A stretch of DNA of 63,341 nt, counting the filler. It is 8 parts of 8 records of this genome, joined end to end, with 100 filler letters (N's around TTAATTAATTAA, not from the genome) between each part and the next. Parts side by side here need not be neighbours in the genome. Positions count along the whole stretch, not along the records: positions 13,977 to 23,345 come from SRR20825010_867; positions 23,446 to 27,166 come from SRR20825010_872; positions 27,267 to 41,586 come from SRR20825010_878; 5 more parts are not named here. One strand, given 5' to 3'. The notes below the pieces were generated by a model. That model worked only from the letters and a program-made list of their open reading frames with translations, did no database searches and had not been told where the DNA came from. A program made the position numbers and the translations under genes. Shown in pieces: positions 21,379 to 28,543 of this stretch (the first letter of the stretch is position 1; each line of letters starts with the position of its first letter).

Positions 21379-21606
21379 CAAAACCACCTACCCCTCGTTT
21401 ATTCCATTTTATCTGTAACTTTTGGCTAAGTTTGAAATTCAGCCAGCGTTTTCAGATCAAAATTTCCTCATTTCTCAGGGCAAAAAACACCTAATTATAG
21501 TCTTTTTGAAAAAAAAAGCTGAAGCAAAAACTTTAAGCACAATACTATATTGCCCTTACTTTCAATTAGTTATGAATCTTAACTAACTGGTTACCAGATA
21601 TTTATC

Positions 21607-21636
21607 TTGTTTTTGTGAATTTTTTATTTAACTTTA
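21607..21636 (+). promoter_or_regulatory. Bacteroidota housekeeping promoter (-33/-7) for the small peptide gene
   Basis: TTG-N19-TAACTTTA against consensus TTG-N19-21-TAnnTTTG. Confidence 0.6.
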
Positions 21637-21676
21637 CACCCGTAATCATTTAATAAAGAATCAAACAACCAGTACT

Positions 21677-21853
21677 ATGAAAAAGATTTTAACTGTATTA
21701 AGTATCGCATTTTGCATCGCTGTAATCGCTCCTTCATGTGCCTCTTCTGACGAAAGCTTTGAAGAAATCGTTTTGAACTCCAATCTTGATCAAACAGCAC
21801 CATCAAATGGAGATGGCAGCACAGATCCAGTACCTGGTCCTGGAGGAGATTGA
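21677..21853 (+). CDS. 58-aa lipoprotein/peptide precursor (below the ORF-track cutoff)
   Basis: Hand translation MKKILTVLSIAFCIAVIAPSCASSDESFEEIVLNSNLDQTAPSNGDGSTDPVPGPGGD; signal peptide with lipobox-like APS-C21; own promoter and terminator. Confidence 0.85.
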   Translation: MKKILTVLSIAFCIAVIAPSCASSDESFEEIVLNSNLDQTAPSNGDGSTDPVPGPGGD

Positions 21854-21874
21854 TAAATACTTGAAAGAAAATAG

Positions 21875-21907
21875 AGGCAGGCAAATCATTTGTCTGCCTT
21901 TTTTTTT
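21875..21907 (+). terminator. Rho-independent terminator after the peptide gene
   Basis: AGGCAGGCAAA-TCA-TTTGTCTGCCT followed by a T run. Confidence 0.85.
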
Positions 21908-21937
21908 AGATTTACGGTTAACGTCAACCAAGCGGCT

Positions 21938-23197
21938 ATGCGATTACCTATGTTTATAGGTTTTTTTGTTTTCATTTTTGCAGCATCAAGTGCTGTAAAA
22001 GACGATATTACCCAAATGCATGAGCAAGCGTACAAGCTTCTAAAGACGAATCCTGAAGAAGCAATGATTTTGGCTCTGCAGTCAGAAGAAATATCAAGAA
22101 AGGAAGGCTTACCATACGAGGAATCCAACTCGCTCTTTATTCAGGCTTGGATTTACAAAATGAACGGCGAACCTGGCAAATCCTTTGTGCTGTATTTGAA
22201 AGCACTTCAAGCCATTAAAGAGGATATTCTAATTGAAAAATCAGCCAAACTTTATACAAATCTCCTTATTGGAACTGGGTCTATTCTGAAAGAACATTAT
22301 GCTTATTCAGAGTCTTTGAGCTATTATGACGAGGGAATTTCAGTTGCTCTAAAATATAAATGGGATTCTAAAATTCAAATATTATATCAAGCCAGGGCAG
22401 GTGTATACCAGGAAATGAGTGCCTTAACAGACGCCCTATTAGATGTTCAAACCTCATTTGAATACGCCAAAAAGCTCAAGGATGTCAATGCAATAGTTAG
22501 TGTGCTCAACAACAAAGGCTTGATTGAAGTTGATTTAAAAATGTATGATCAGGCTCTGGTGACCTACCGGGAAATCCTGGAGTTAGATTTGCCTGAGACT
22601 ATTCGAAATGAATACCATGGAAAAGCCTGGCACAACATAGGACACACTTATATGCAAACAGGAAGAGCGACGGAGGCTCTGGAAGCATTTTTGCGTGCGG
22701 CTGAAGTGAAATCTCGATATCCGGATGATGCAAACCAGTTTATTACCTGGACGGACATTGCCGAGAACTACCTCAACCAGGGCAACTTGAAACTGGCAAG
22801 GGAGTATGGTGAAAAAGCAGTTCAAGCGTATGATAGTATGCCTTTGTCTCCTGATAATTACAGACTGTTTGATCTCATGTCAAACATTGCATTCAAACAA
22901 GGTGAGTATAAACTGTCGCGAAGCTATGTCGAACAATACATGGCCGAGAATAAAGAATTTTTGAACCTTCAAGAAGATCTTATCCGCGTAAAAGATCAGT
23001 ATAAAATGGAAATACTTGCCGCCGGCTTTTTTCTGGAAGTCAATTCAGCTAAGAACACCGACTGGTACACCATGTGGCTGACTATCGTAGGATCGGTGTT
23101 CTCGCTGCTCCTCTTGGTTGGTATTGGTGGACAATATTATGTCCGTCGATCAATCAGAGCCTCCATTCGGAAAATACAGGAAGACAGCTTTATTTAA
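21938..23197 (+). CDS. Exported TPR protein with C-terminal TM anchor and ~20-aa tail
   Basis: N-terminal signal peptide; TPR-like segments (LNNKGLI, WHNIGHTY); TM WLTIVGSVFSLLLLVGIG. Confidence 0.85.
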   Translation: MRLPMFIGFFVFIFAASSAVKDDITQMHEQAYKLLKTNPEEAMILALQSEEISRKEGLPYEESNSLFIQAWIYKMNGEPGKSFVLYLKALQAIKEDILIEKSAKLYTNLLIGTGSILKEHYAYSESLSYYDEGISVALKYKWDSKIQILYQARAGVYQEMSALTDALLDVQTSFEYAKKLKDVNAIVSVLNNKGLIEVDLKMYDQALVTYREILELDLPETIRNEYHGKAWHNIGHTYMQTGRATEALEAFLRAAEVKSRYPDDANQFITWTDIAENYLNQGNLKLAREYGEKAVQAYDSMPLSPDNYRLFDLMSNIAFKQGEYKLSRSYVEQYMAENKEFLNLQEDLIRVKDQYKMEILAAGFFLEVNSAKNTDWYTMWLTIVGSVFSLLLLVGIGGQYYVRRSIRASIRKIQEDSFI

Positions 23198-23216
23198 GCT
23201 TCTCCTATTATCACTT

Positions 23217-23345
23217 CTAAATCCATTTCACTTTTTCTTCCATACTTGTTCTTGGTGGAATCGCTGTAGTCGGCTGGTAGTAACCCATATAAAAAAAACC
23301 AATACAAGATTCGTTCGAATCCAAAGGCGTAAACTCACCAAAATA
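23217..23345 (-). CDS. Nitroreductase family protein, C-terminal fragment
   Basis: Hand translation ...LDSNESCIGFFYMGY...PRTSMEEKVKWI*. Confidence 0.65.
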   Translation of the reverse strand, partial: YFGEFTPLDSNESCIGFFYMGYYQPTTAIPPRTSMEEKVKWI

Positions 23346-23445
23346 NNNNNNNNNNNNNNNNNNNNNNNNNNNNNNNNNNNNNNNNNNNNTTAATTAATTA
23401 ANNNNNNNNNNNNNNNNNNNNNNNNNNNNNNNNNNNNNNNNNNNN
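23346..23445. other. Artificial contig spacer
   Basis: N-TTAATTAATTAA-N. Confidence 0.99.
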
Positions 23446-23455
23446 ATTGTTGACG

Positions 23456-24139
23456 ATGGCCCGCAAGACTAACCGACCGAAAGGCCTGTCGAGAGCCGAC
23501 CGCGATCTCTGGGATCATGTCGCGCGCGGTATCGATCCGATCGAGTCGAACCGTTACCGCGGAACGGAGAATGACACCATTAAGGTGCCTTTCTCGGCGA
23601 ATCCCAAGAAAAATGCCACCACAATGGTGCCAAAATCAGCAAAAACAGACCCAAATACACCACCACGCGGCCGTTCTCTCGATCCGGAGGCGCTCAAAAA
23701 AGCGATGGAAAGCTGGCCGAACGCCCATTTTGAACCCAAGGCGACGGAGATTAAGCCGTCGCTGCGCCAGAATGTGCCGGGGCTCGATAAACGGAGCGCC
23801 GAACGCCTCCGCAAGGGCAAGATGGACATCGATGGAAAGCTCGATCTGCATGGCCTCACCCGCGCAGAGGCGCATCGCAGGCTCAGGAGTTTCATCACCG
23901 CCCAGCAGATTCAGGGAAAACGCTGCGTGCTGGTTATTACAGGTAAAGGCTCCTCCCGCCAAAAGACCGACGATGCGCCCTTTATGGCGCCGGAAAAAAT
24001 GGGCATCCTGCGCGAGGCCGTGCCGAAATGGCTGACCGCGCCGGATTTGCGCCATCTGGTTATTGACATCCGGTCCGCACAGCCGAAACATGGGGGCAGC
24101 GGCGCGCTGTATGTCTTGCTCCGGCGCAGCCGCCCCTGA
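23456..24139 (+). CDS. Smr/MutS2 domain protein
   Basis: LDLHGLT, VLVITGKG, HGGSGALYV. Confidence 0.92.
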   Translation: MARKTNRPKGLSRADRDLWDHVARGIDPIESNRYRGTENDTIKVPFSANPKKNATTMVPKSAKTDPNTPPRGRSLDPEALKKAMESWPNAHFEPKATEIKPSLRQNVPGLDKRSAERLRKGKMDIDGKLDLHGLTRAEAHRRLRSFITAQQIQGKRCVLVITGKGSSRQKTDDAPFMAPEKMGILREAVPKWLTAPDLRHLVIDIRSAQPKHGGSGALYVLLRRSRP

Positions 24140-24163
24140 TTTTGAGAGAATAAGGACAGTTTC

Positions 24164-24529
24164 ATGACCCCCTTTGGCCTTCGCGTGCGGACCCTTCGCA
24201 AAAGCCGGGGGATTACGCTTAAAAAAATGGCCGGCGATCTGGATATCAGCTCGGCCTATCTCTCCGCGCTGGAGCATGGCCATCGCGGCCGCCCGTCCTG
24301 GTCCCTCGTCGCGCAGATCTGCGATTATTTCAATATTATCTGGGACGACGCGGAGGAGTTGCAGCGCCTCGCCTCCCTCTCCCACCCGAAGGTGGCGGTG
24401 GATACCAGCGGGCTTAGCCCGACAGCCACGGAATATGCCAACTTGCTGGCCAAGGAAATCCGCGCCCTGCCGGAGGCGCGTCTGAAAGAAATGCTCCGCT
24501 ATCTTAAAAGCAACAGGTCAGAAAAATGA
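24164..24529 (+). CDS. XRE-family HTH transcriptional regulator
   Basis: MTPFG..LR...ISSAYLSALEHGHRGRP. Confidence 0.9.
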   Translation: MTPFGLRVRTLRKSRGITLKKMAGDLDISSAYLSALEHGHRGRPSWSLVAQICDYFNIIWDDAEELQRLASLSHPKVAVDTSGLSPTATEYANLLAKEIRALPEARLKEMLRYLKSNRSEK

Positions 24530-24980
24530 GCGCCGCCCGCTCCGATAAGGGCGTCAAACTCGCGCGCGGGGTGCAGAAACTCCTCCATGACATGGGCTAT
24601 GACAGCCTGATGGAGGTAAACTTGCGCATTCGCCGCCGCGTCGATGTGATGGGCATTAATGAAAAAGGGCGGATTATCATTGTCGAGGTGAAATCCGGCC
24701 CCGCCGACTTCCGCGTGGATGAGAAATGGAGCGACTATCTCGATTTTTGCGATGAGTTCTATTTCGCCGTTGATGCGGACTTCCCGCGTGATCTCCTGCC
24801 CGAAACCCATGGCCTGATCATTGCGGATGGTTTTGGCGGTGCAATCGCCCGCGCCTCCAGCGATTTTAACCTCAACGCCGCGCGGCGGCGCAATGTCACA
24901 CTCCGGTTCGCGCGGATCGCTGCCCGCGGCGGCTCCTTGAAACTGAAAACCCCCTGCAGGAGAAGTATCATGTGCTCTAA
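24526..24980 (+). CDS. mmcB: MmcB-family DNA repair endonuclease, apparently frameshifted near 24925 and reading into the cupin gene
   Basis: RRVDVMG..IIIVEVKS..DFRVDEKW..YLDFCD..YFAV PD-(D/E)xK pattern; an RRLL...stop ending lies in another frame (TAA 24978-24980). Confidence 0.75.
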
Positions 24981-25305
24981 CACCCCCGAAGGAACCGCCC
25001 TCCCCAGTGTCTTTATCGACAACCCCCGCACTCGCGTCACCGAATGGCGTTTTGAAAAGCGCGGCGACGCCACCGGATGGCATACGCACCAGTATGATTA
25101 CGTCGTCGTGCCGCTGTTCGACGGTTTTCTCGAAATCGAGCTGCCGGGCGGAGAAATCACCCGCGCCGAGCTTAAAACCGGCGTCCCCTATTTCCGGGAG
25201 ACCGGCGTCGAGCATAATGTCAAGAACGGCAACGACTTCGAATGCGCCTTTATCGAGGTGGAGTTTTTAACGGTGGACCGAAAGGGTTTTAGGACCAACA
25301 CCTAG
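24970..25305 (+). CDS. Cupin domain protein (BauB-like)
   Basis: Own AGGAG RBS; TGWHTHQYDYVVVP and GVEHNV cupin motifs. Confidence 0.8.
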   Translation: MCSNTPEGTALPSVFIDNPRTRVTEWRFEKRGDATGWHTHQYDYVVVPLFDGFLEIELPGGEITRAELKTGVPYFRETGVEHNVKNGNDFECAFIEVEFLTVDRKGFRTNT

Positions 25306-25484
25306 GTCGAAACAATAGAATCCTGAGTTGAATTCAAACGAAAGATTCGTTCGTAAAAAAACACATCGAACCTGTTTTGTTGCTTTCGTGCAACCCGGCA
25401 TCGGCACCTCGTTAACCATATTGCCGGTTTTCTTGTCACGAAACCACCGTATTTCGCGCATCTCGCATATAAGTAAAATTTTAG

Positions 25485-25500
25485 CCACAGGATGTAGTAT
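25485..25500. promoter_or_regulatory. NrdR-box-like site 1
   Basis: CCACAGGATGTAGTAT against consensus acaCwAtATaTwGtgt. Confidence 0.45.
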
Positions 25501-25508
25501 TTTTGCTG

Positions 25509-25537
25509 TTGACTTGATTGGACCTGCTCGACATGAT
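25509..25537 (+). promoter_or_regulatory. Sigma70 promoter
   Basis: TTGACT-N17-CATGAT. Confidence 0.65.
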
Positions 25538-25560
25538 CCTATGCTACTAGGGGAATTTGC

Positions 25561-25576
25561 CTACTATATGTAGTGC
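25561..25576. promoter_or_regulatory. NrdR-box-like site 2
   Basis: CTACTATATGTAGTGC; core CwAtATrTwG intact. Confidence 0.55.
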
Positions 25577-25984
25577 TTTTTATTCTGAAATGGTCGTATT
25601 TGGCCGAATTTCGGCATGAGAATTTATTAATTACAGAGAAATATGAGAGGGTTATTATAAGGAATTCTCGGTGCAAATTTGAGTACCGCTGCAACGGGTA
25701 ATAAAAAGGGCCACACAAAACCTTACTTGCGATAAGGCAACTGTGTGACCCGTGGTACGGTGAGAAAGCCTCGCCTCACTTAGTGTTCAGCAAGAGATTT
25801 CTACGACTCCGAAACGAAAGAATCTCACATTAATGCGCTCACTTCAAGAGGTAGTTTTATCTATGGAGGCGCTGTTGAAAGCAATATTTTGTTTTCCAGT
25901 GCGCGCATATATTCGACTTCGCTATGGCAAAATCGAATTTGTGAGAGCGCATACTAGATGCAGGTATTGATTCTGCTTGACTTT

Positions 25985-26010
25985 GAGAGAGGGCTTTCGG
26001 GCCCTCTTTC
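25985..26010 (+). terminator. UUCG-loop terminal hairpin / terminator
   Basis: GAGAGAGGGCT-TTCG-GGCCCTCTTTC with two G-U pairs valid on the + strand. Confidence 0.7.
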
Positions 26011-26020
26011 ATACCGCGCT

Positions 26021-27019
26021 TCACCGATACGGATCGTCTTTTGCGAGGTAGTTGGTGACGTAGTCGCTGATGCCGTCCTCTAAACTTCGGAAATTACCGC
26101 CGAAGCCGGCGGTGCGGAGTTTTTGCATATTGGCTTCGGTGAAATACTGGTATTTGTCGCGGATTTGCTCCGGGGTGTCCACGTAATTGATCTTTTCCGG
26201 CTTGTTCGCGGCGGTGAACAGGGCGCTCGCGAGATCCTTGAAGCTGCGCGCCTTGCCGGTGCCGAGGTTGAAGAGGCCGGACACCTTGGGGTTATCGAGC
26301 AGCCAGAGCATCACATCGACGCAATCCTTCACATAGACGAAATCACGGAGCTGTCCGCCGTCCTCATACTCCGGGTTGTGGGACTTGAAGAGGGTGACGG
26401 CCTCGCCCGCCGCGACTTTCGGGTAACTCTGGGCGATCACGCTCTTCATATTGCCCTTGTGATATTCATTCGGGCCGTAAACGTTGAAAAACTTGAGCCC
26501 CGCCCATTGCGGCGGCGTCATGGCGCCCCGGGTGATCTCGCGCGCGACGAACTTGTCGAAGGCATGCTTGCTCCAGCCGTAAAGATTGAGCGGTTGCAGC
26601 TTCTCAAGCGCCGCCTCGCTCTGGTCATCGTCAAACCCCGCCGCCCCGTCGCCATAGGTTGCGGCGGAGGAGGCATAGATAAACGGTATCTTGTTATCGG
26701 TCGCGAAGCGCCAGAGCATTTTTGTCGGGCGGAAGTTACGTTTCAGGATCAAATCGCCGTCCGTCTCGGTGGTGGCGGAGATCGCGCCCATATGGATGAT
26801 TGCCCGCAGGCGGCTGTCATTCCTGTGCAGCCAGCTTTCGAGATCATCGGGGTCGATAAAGTCGGAAATCGTTGATTTTGCGATATTTTTCCATTTTTCG
26901 CCCTGTTCCAGCCAGTCGCAGACGATGATCTTCTCGCCGCGTTCCGAGAGTGCCGCGACAATATTGGAGCCGATAAAGCCCGCGCCGCCGGTCACCAGGA
27001 TCAGATTTCCCAATTTCAC
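26021..27019 (-). CDS. hldD: ADP-L-glycero-D-manno-heptose 6-epimerase
   Basis: [47 protein letters not shown] start overlapping the upstream stop. Confidence 0.95.
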   Translation of the reverse strand: MKLGNLILVTGGAGFIGSNIVAALSERGEKIIVCDWLEQGEKWKNIAKSTISDFIDPDDLESWLHRNDSRLRAIIHMGAISATTETDGDLILKRNFRPTKMLWRFATDNKIPFIYASSAATYGDGAAGFDDDQSEAALEKLQPLNLYGWSKHAFDKFVAREITRGAMTPPQWAGLKFFNVYGPNEYHKGNMKSVIAQSYPKVAAGEAVTLFKSHNPEYEDGGQLRDFVYVKDCVDVMLWLLDNPKVSGLFNLGTGKARSFKDLASALFTAANKPEKINYVDTPEQIRDKYQYFTEANMQKLRTAGFGGNFRSLEDGISDYVTNYLAKDDPYR

Positions 27020-27165
27020 GCCTCCTTCTTGGCGGCGAGCAGCCGCGCGATGGTGCCGGTGGTGCTGAACCCCTCTTTGAGGTTCGCCAGATGCACCCGT
27101 CCGCCATAAGCCTCGACAATATCCGCGCCGACAACCGTTTCCTTGGTGTAATCCGCGCCCTTGGT
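27016..27165 (-). CDS. hldE: Heptose-1-phosphate adenylyltransferase C-terminus (HldE/RfaE2), partial
   Basis: Hand translation [23 protein letters not shown]...GFSTT. Confidence 0.85.
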   Translation of the reverse strand, partial: TKGADYTKETVVGADIVEAYGGRVHLANLKEGFSTTGTIARLLAAKKEA

Positions 27166-27166
27166 G

Positions 27167-27266
27167 NNNNNNNNNNNNNNNNNNNNNNNNNNNNNNNNNN
27201 NNNNNNNNNNTTAATTAATTAANNNNNNNNNNNNNNNNNNNNNNNNNNNNNNNNNNNNNNNNNNNN
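27167..27266. other. Artificial contig spacer
   Basis: N-TTAATTAATTAA-N. Confidence 0.99.
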
Positions 27267-27385
27267 AACTTCTCCACCCTTGTCTTAACAAGCTTTGCTG
27301 GGATAAAGTGTCCAAGCTCGTGAAGTACGATCAAGAGCGATAAACTTAGAAAGAATTGTATGGTCTTTATAACTATAGGGGTCAT
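27267..27385 (-). CDS. rseP: RIP metalloprotease RseP, N-terminal fragment
   Basis: LSLSLLIVLHELGHF (HExGH). Confidence 0.85.
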
Positions 27386-27536
27386 CCGTCGTCTTTTGTT
27401 AAAACGCACAAAAGTAACCTTTTAGGGATTGATAAAAAAACCTCAAATTTTATCCTTTCATGATTTAAGAAAGATTTAGCAACAATAAGTCTCTTTCTCC
27501 TTGAAGAATAGCCAATTGGGGCGTAATTTTGCAACT

Positions 27537-28211
27537 ATGGGATCATTCTTCGCGAAGTACAAAATGTTCGGAATTGTAATGCTGGTACTCTCCGGCGTCA
27601 TCGTCTATCTATTTTACAATGCGTTGCAACCAAAAAAAATGCTCCCTGTCTATCAGCCTTCAATGGTGGATAAATCACTAGTGGACAGCACCTTGCACTA
27701 TACCAAAAAATACCACAAAGTGGCAGATTTTTCTCTGGTGAACCAAAATGGGGAAACTATCACACAGGAAGATTACAAGGACAAAATCTACGTAGCGGAT
27801 TTCTTTTTCACTACCTGTCTCACCATTTGCCCAATAATGACCAAGAATATGGGCGAAGTCCAAGAAGCCATCAAAAACGACCCTAACATCATGCTTCTCT
27901 CCCACTCCGTTACACCACAAATCGATACCGTTGCCCAATTAAAACGGTACGCCTTGGAAAAAGGGGTGATCGATAGCAAATGGAACTTGGTGACCGGTGA
28001 TAAAAAACAGATTTATGAACTTGCCAGAAAATCCTATTTAGCCGTTAAAAATGATGGGGACGGAGGGCCGTTCGATATGATCCATACCGAAAATTTTATT
28101 TTGGTGGACAAGGAAAAACGGATTCGAGGCTTTTATGATGGCACAGATCGGGAAGAAATAGATCGTCTACTTAGCGACATTAAAATACTTGAAGCCAGCT
28201 ACAAAGAATAG
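27537..28211 (+). CDS. SCO1/SenC family copper chaperone
   Basis: FFFTTCLTICP (CxxxC) and HTENFILVD; TAATTTTG -7 box just upstream. Confidence 0.93.
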   Translation: MGSFFAKYKMFGIVMLVLSGVIVYLFYNALQPKKMLPVYQPSMVDKSLVDSTLHYTKKYHKVADFSLVNQNGETITQEDYKDKIYVADFFFTTCLTICPIMTKNMGEVQEAIKNDPNIMLLSHSVTPQIDTVAQLKRYALEKGVIDSKWNLVTGDKKQIYELARKSYLAVKNDGDGGPFDMIHTENFILVDKEKRIRGFYDGTDREEIDRLLSDIKILEASYKE

Positions 28212-28261
28212 TTTCCCATACCTTTCTGCATGAATAGACCTCCTATTTATCCTTTTTTACT

Positions 28262-28296
28262 TATTTTTGGCCTTACTTAAATTTATTCTAAATAAG
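28262..28296 (+). promoter_or_regulatory. -7 promoter box followed by Fur-like inverted repeat upstream of feoAB
   Basis: TATTTTTG then imperfect palindrome CTTACTTAAATTTATTCTAAATAAG. Confidence 0.6.
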
Positions 28297-28300
28297 AACA

Positions 28301-28543
28301 GTGGTGACCGTTGCAGATTTACAATATGGGCAAAAGGGGATAATCAAAGATTTCACCGAACATATACTTCCTATAAAGTTGTTGGAATTGGGGTGCTTAC
28401 CCGGAAACAGTGTGGAGCTTTTGCAAATTGCACCCTTGAACGACCCCATCTATATCAACCTCAGCGGAAGCCATTTGGCAATCAGAAGGTCCTTGGCTGC
28501 GCTTATTGAGCTGGAAATTATTGAAGAAACGCAGGCCAAATGA
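28301..28543 (+). CDS. feoA: Ferrous iron transport protein A
   Basis: KLLELGCLPG..APLNDPIYI..LAIRRS; upstream of feoB. Confidence 0.93.
   Translation: MVTVADLQYGQKGIIKDFTEHILPIKLLELGCLPGNSVELLQIAPLNDPIYINLSGSHLAIRRSLAALIELEIIEETQAK

Larger units (their letters stand above)
25544..26010 (+). ncRNA. Candidate large structured non-coding RNA (~465 nt)
   Basis: Promoter upstream, no ORF of 60 aa or more inside, many stems with G-U pairs favouring the + strand, final UUCG-capped hairpin. Confidence 0.55.

Noticed and set aside
21675-21884. 69-aa minus-strand ORF in the track
   Set aside because: Shadow of the + strand 58-aa lipopeptide gene, which has a promoter, signal peptide and terminator.
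24140-24530. LexA box (GTTC-N7-GTTC) upstream of mmcB
   Set aside because: No such motif seen here; the imuA promoter is outside its contig and cannot be checked.
25267-25573. ORFs 25267-25488 (-) and 25328-25573 (+)
   Set aside because: No convincing RBS or motifs, atypical composition, and they overlap each other and promoter elements.
25306-26010. Replication origin, retron msr-msd or self-splicing intron as explanation for the gap
   Set aside because: Only one imperfect DnaA box (25481-25489) and one CtrA-like half-site (TTAACCAT, 25412-25419); no reverse transcriptase nearby; no intron core motifs seen.
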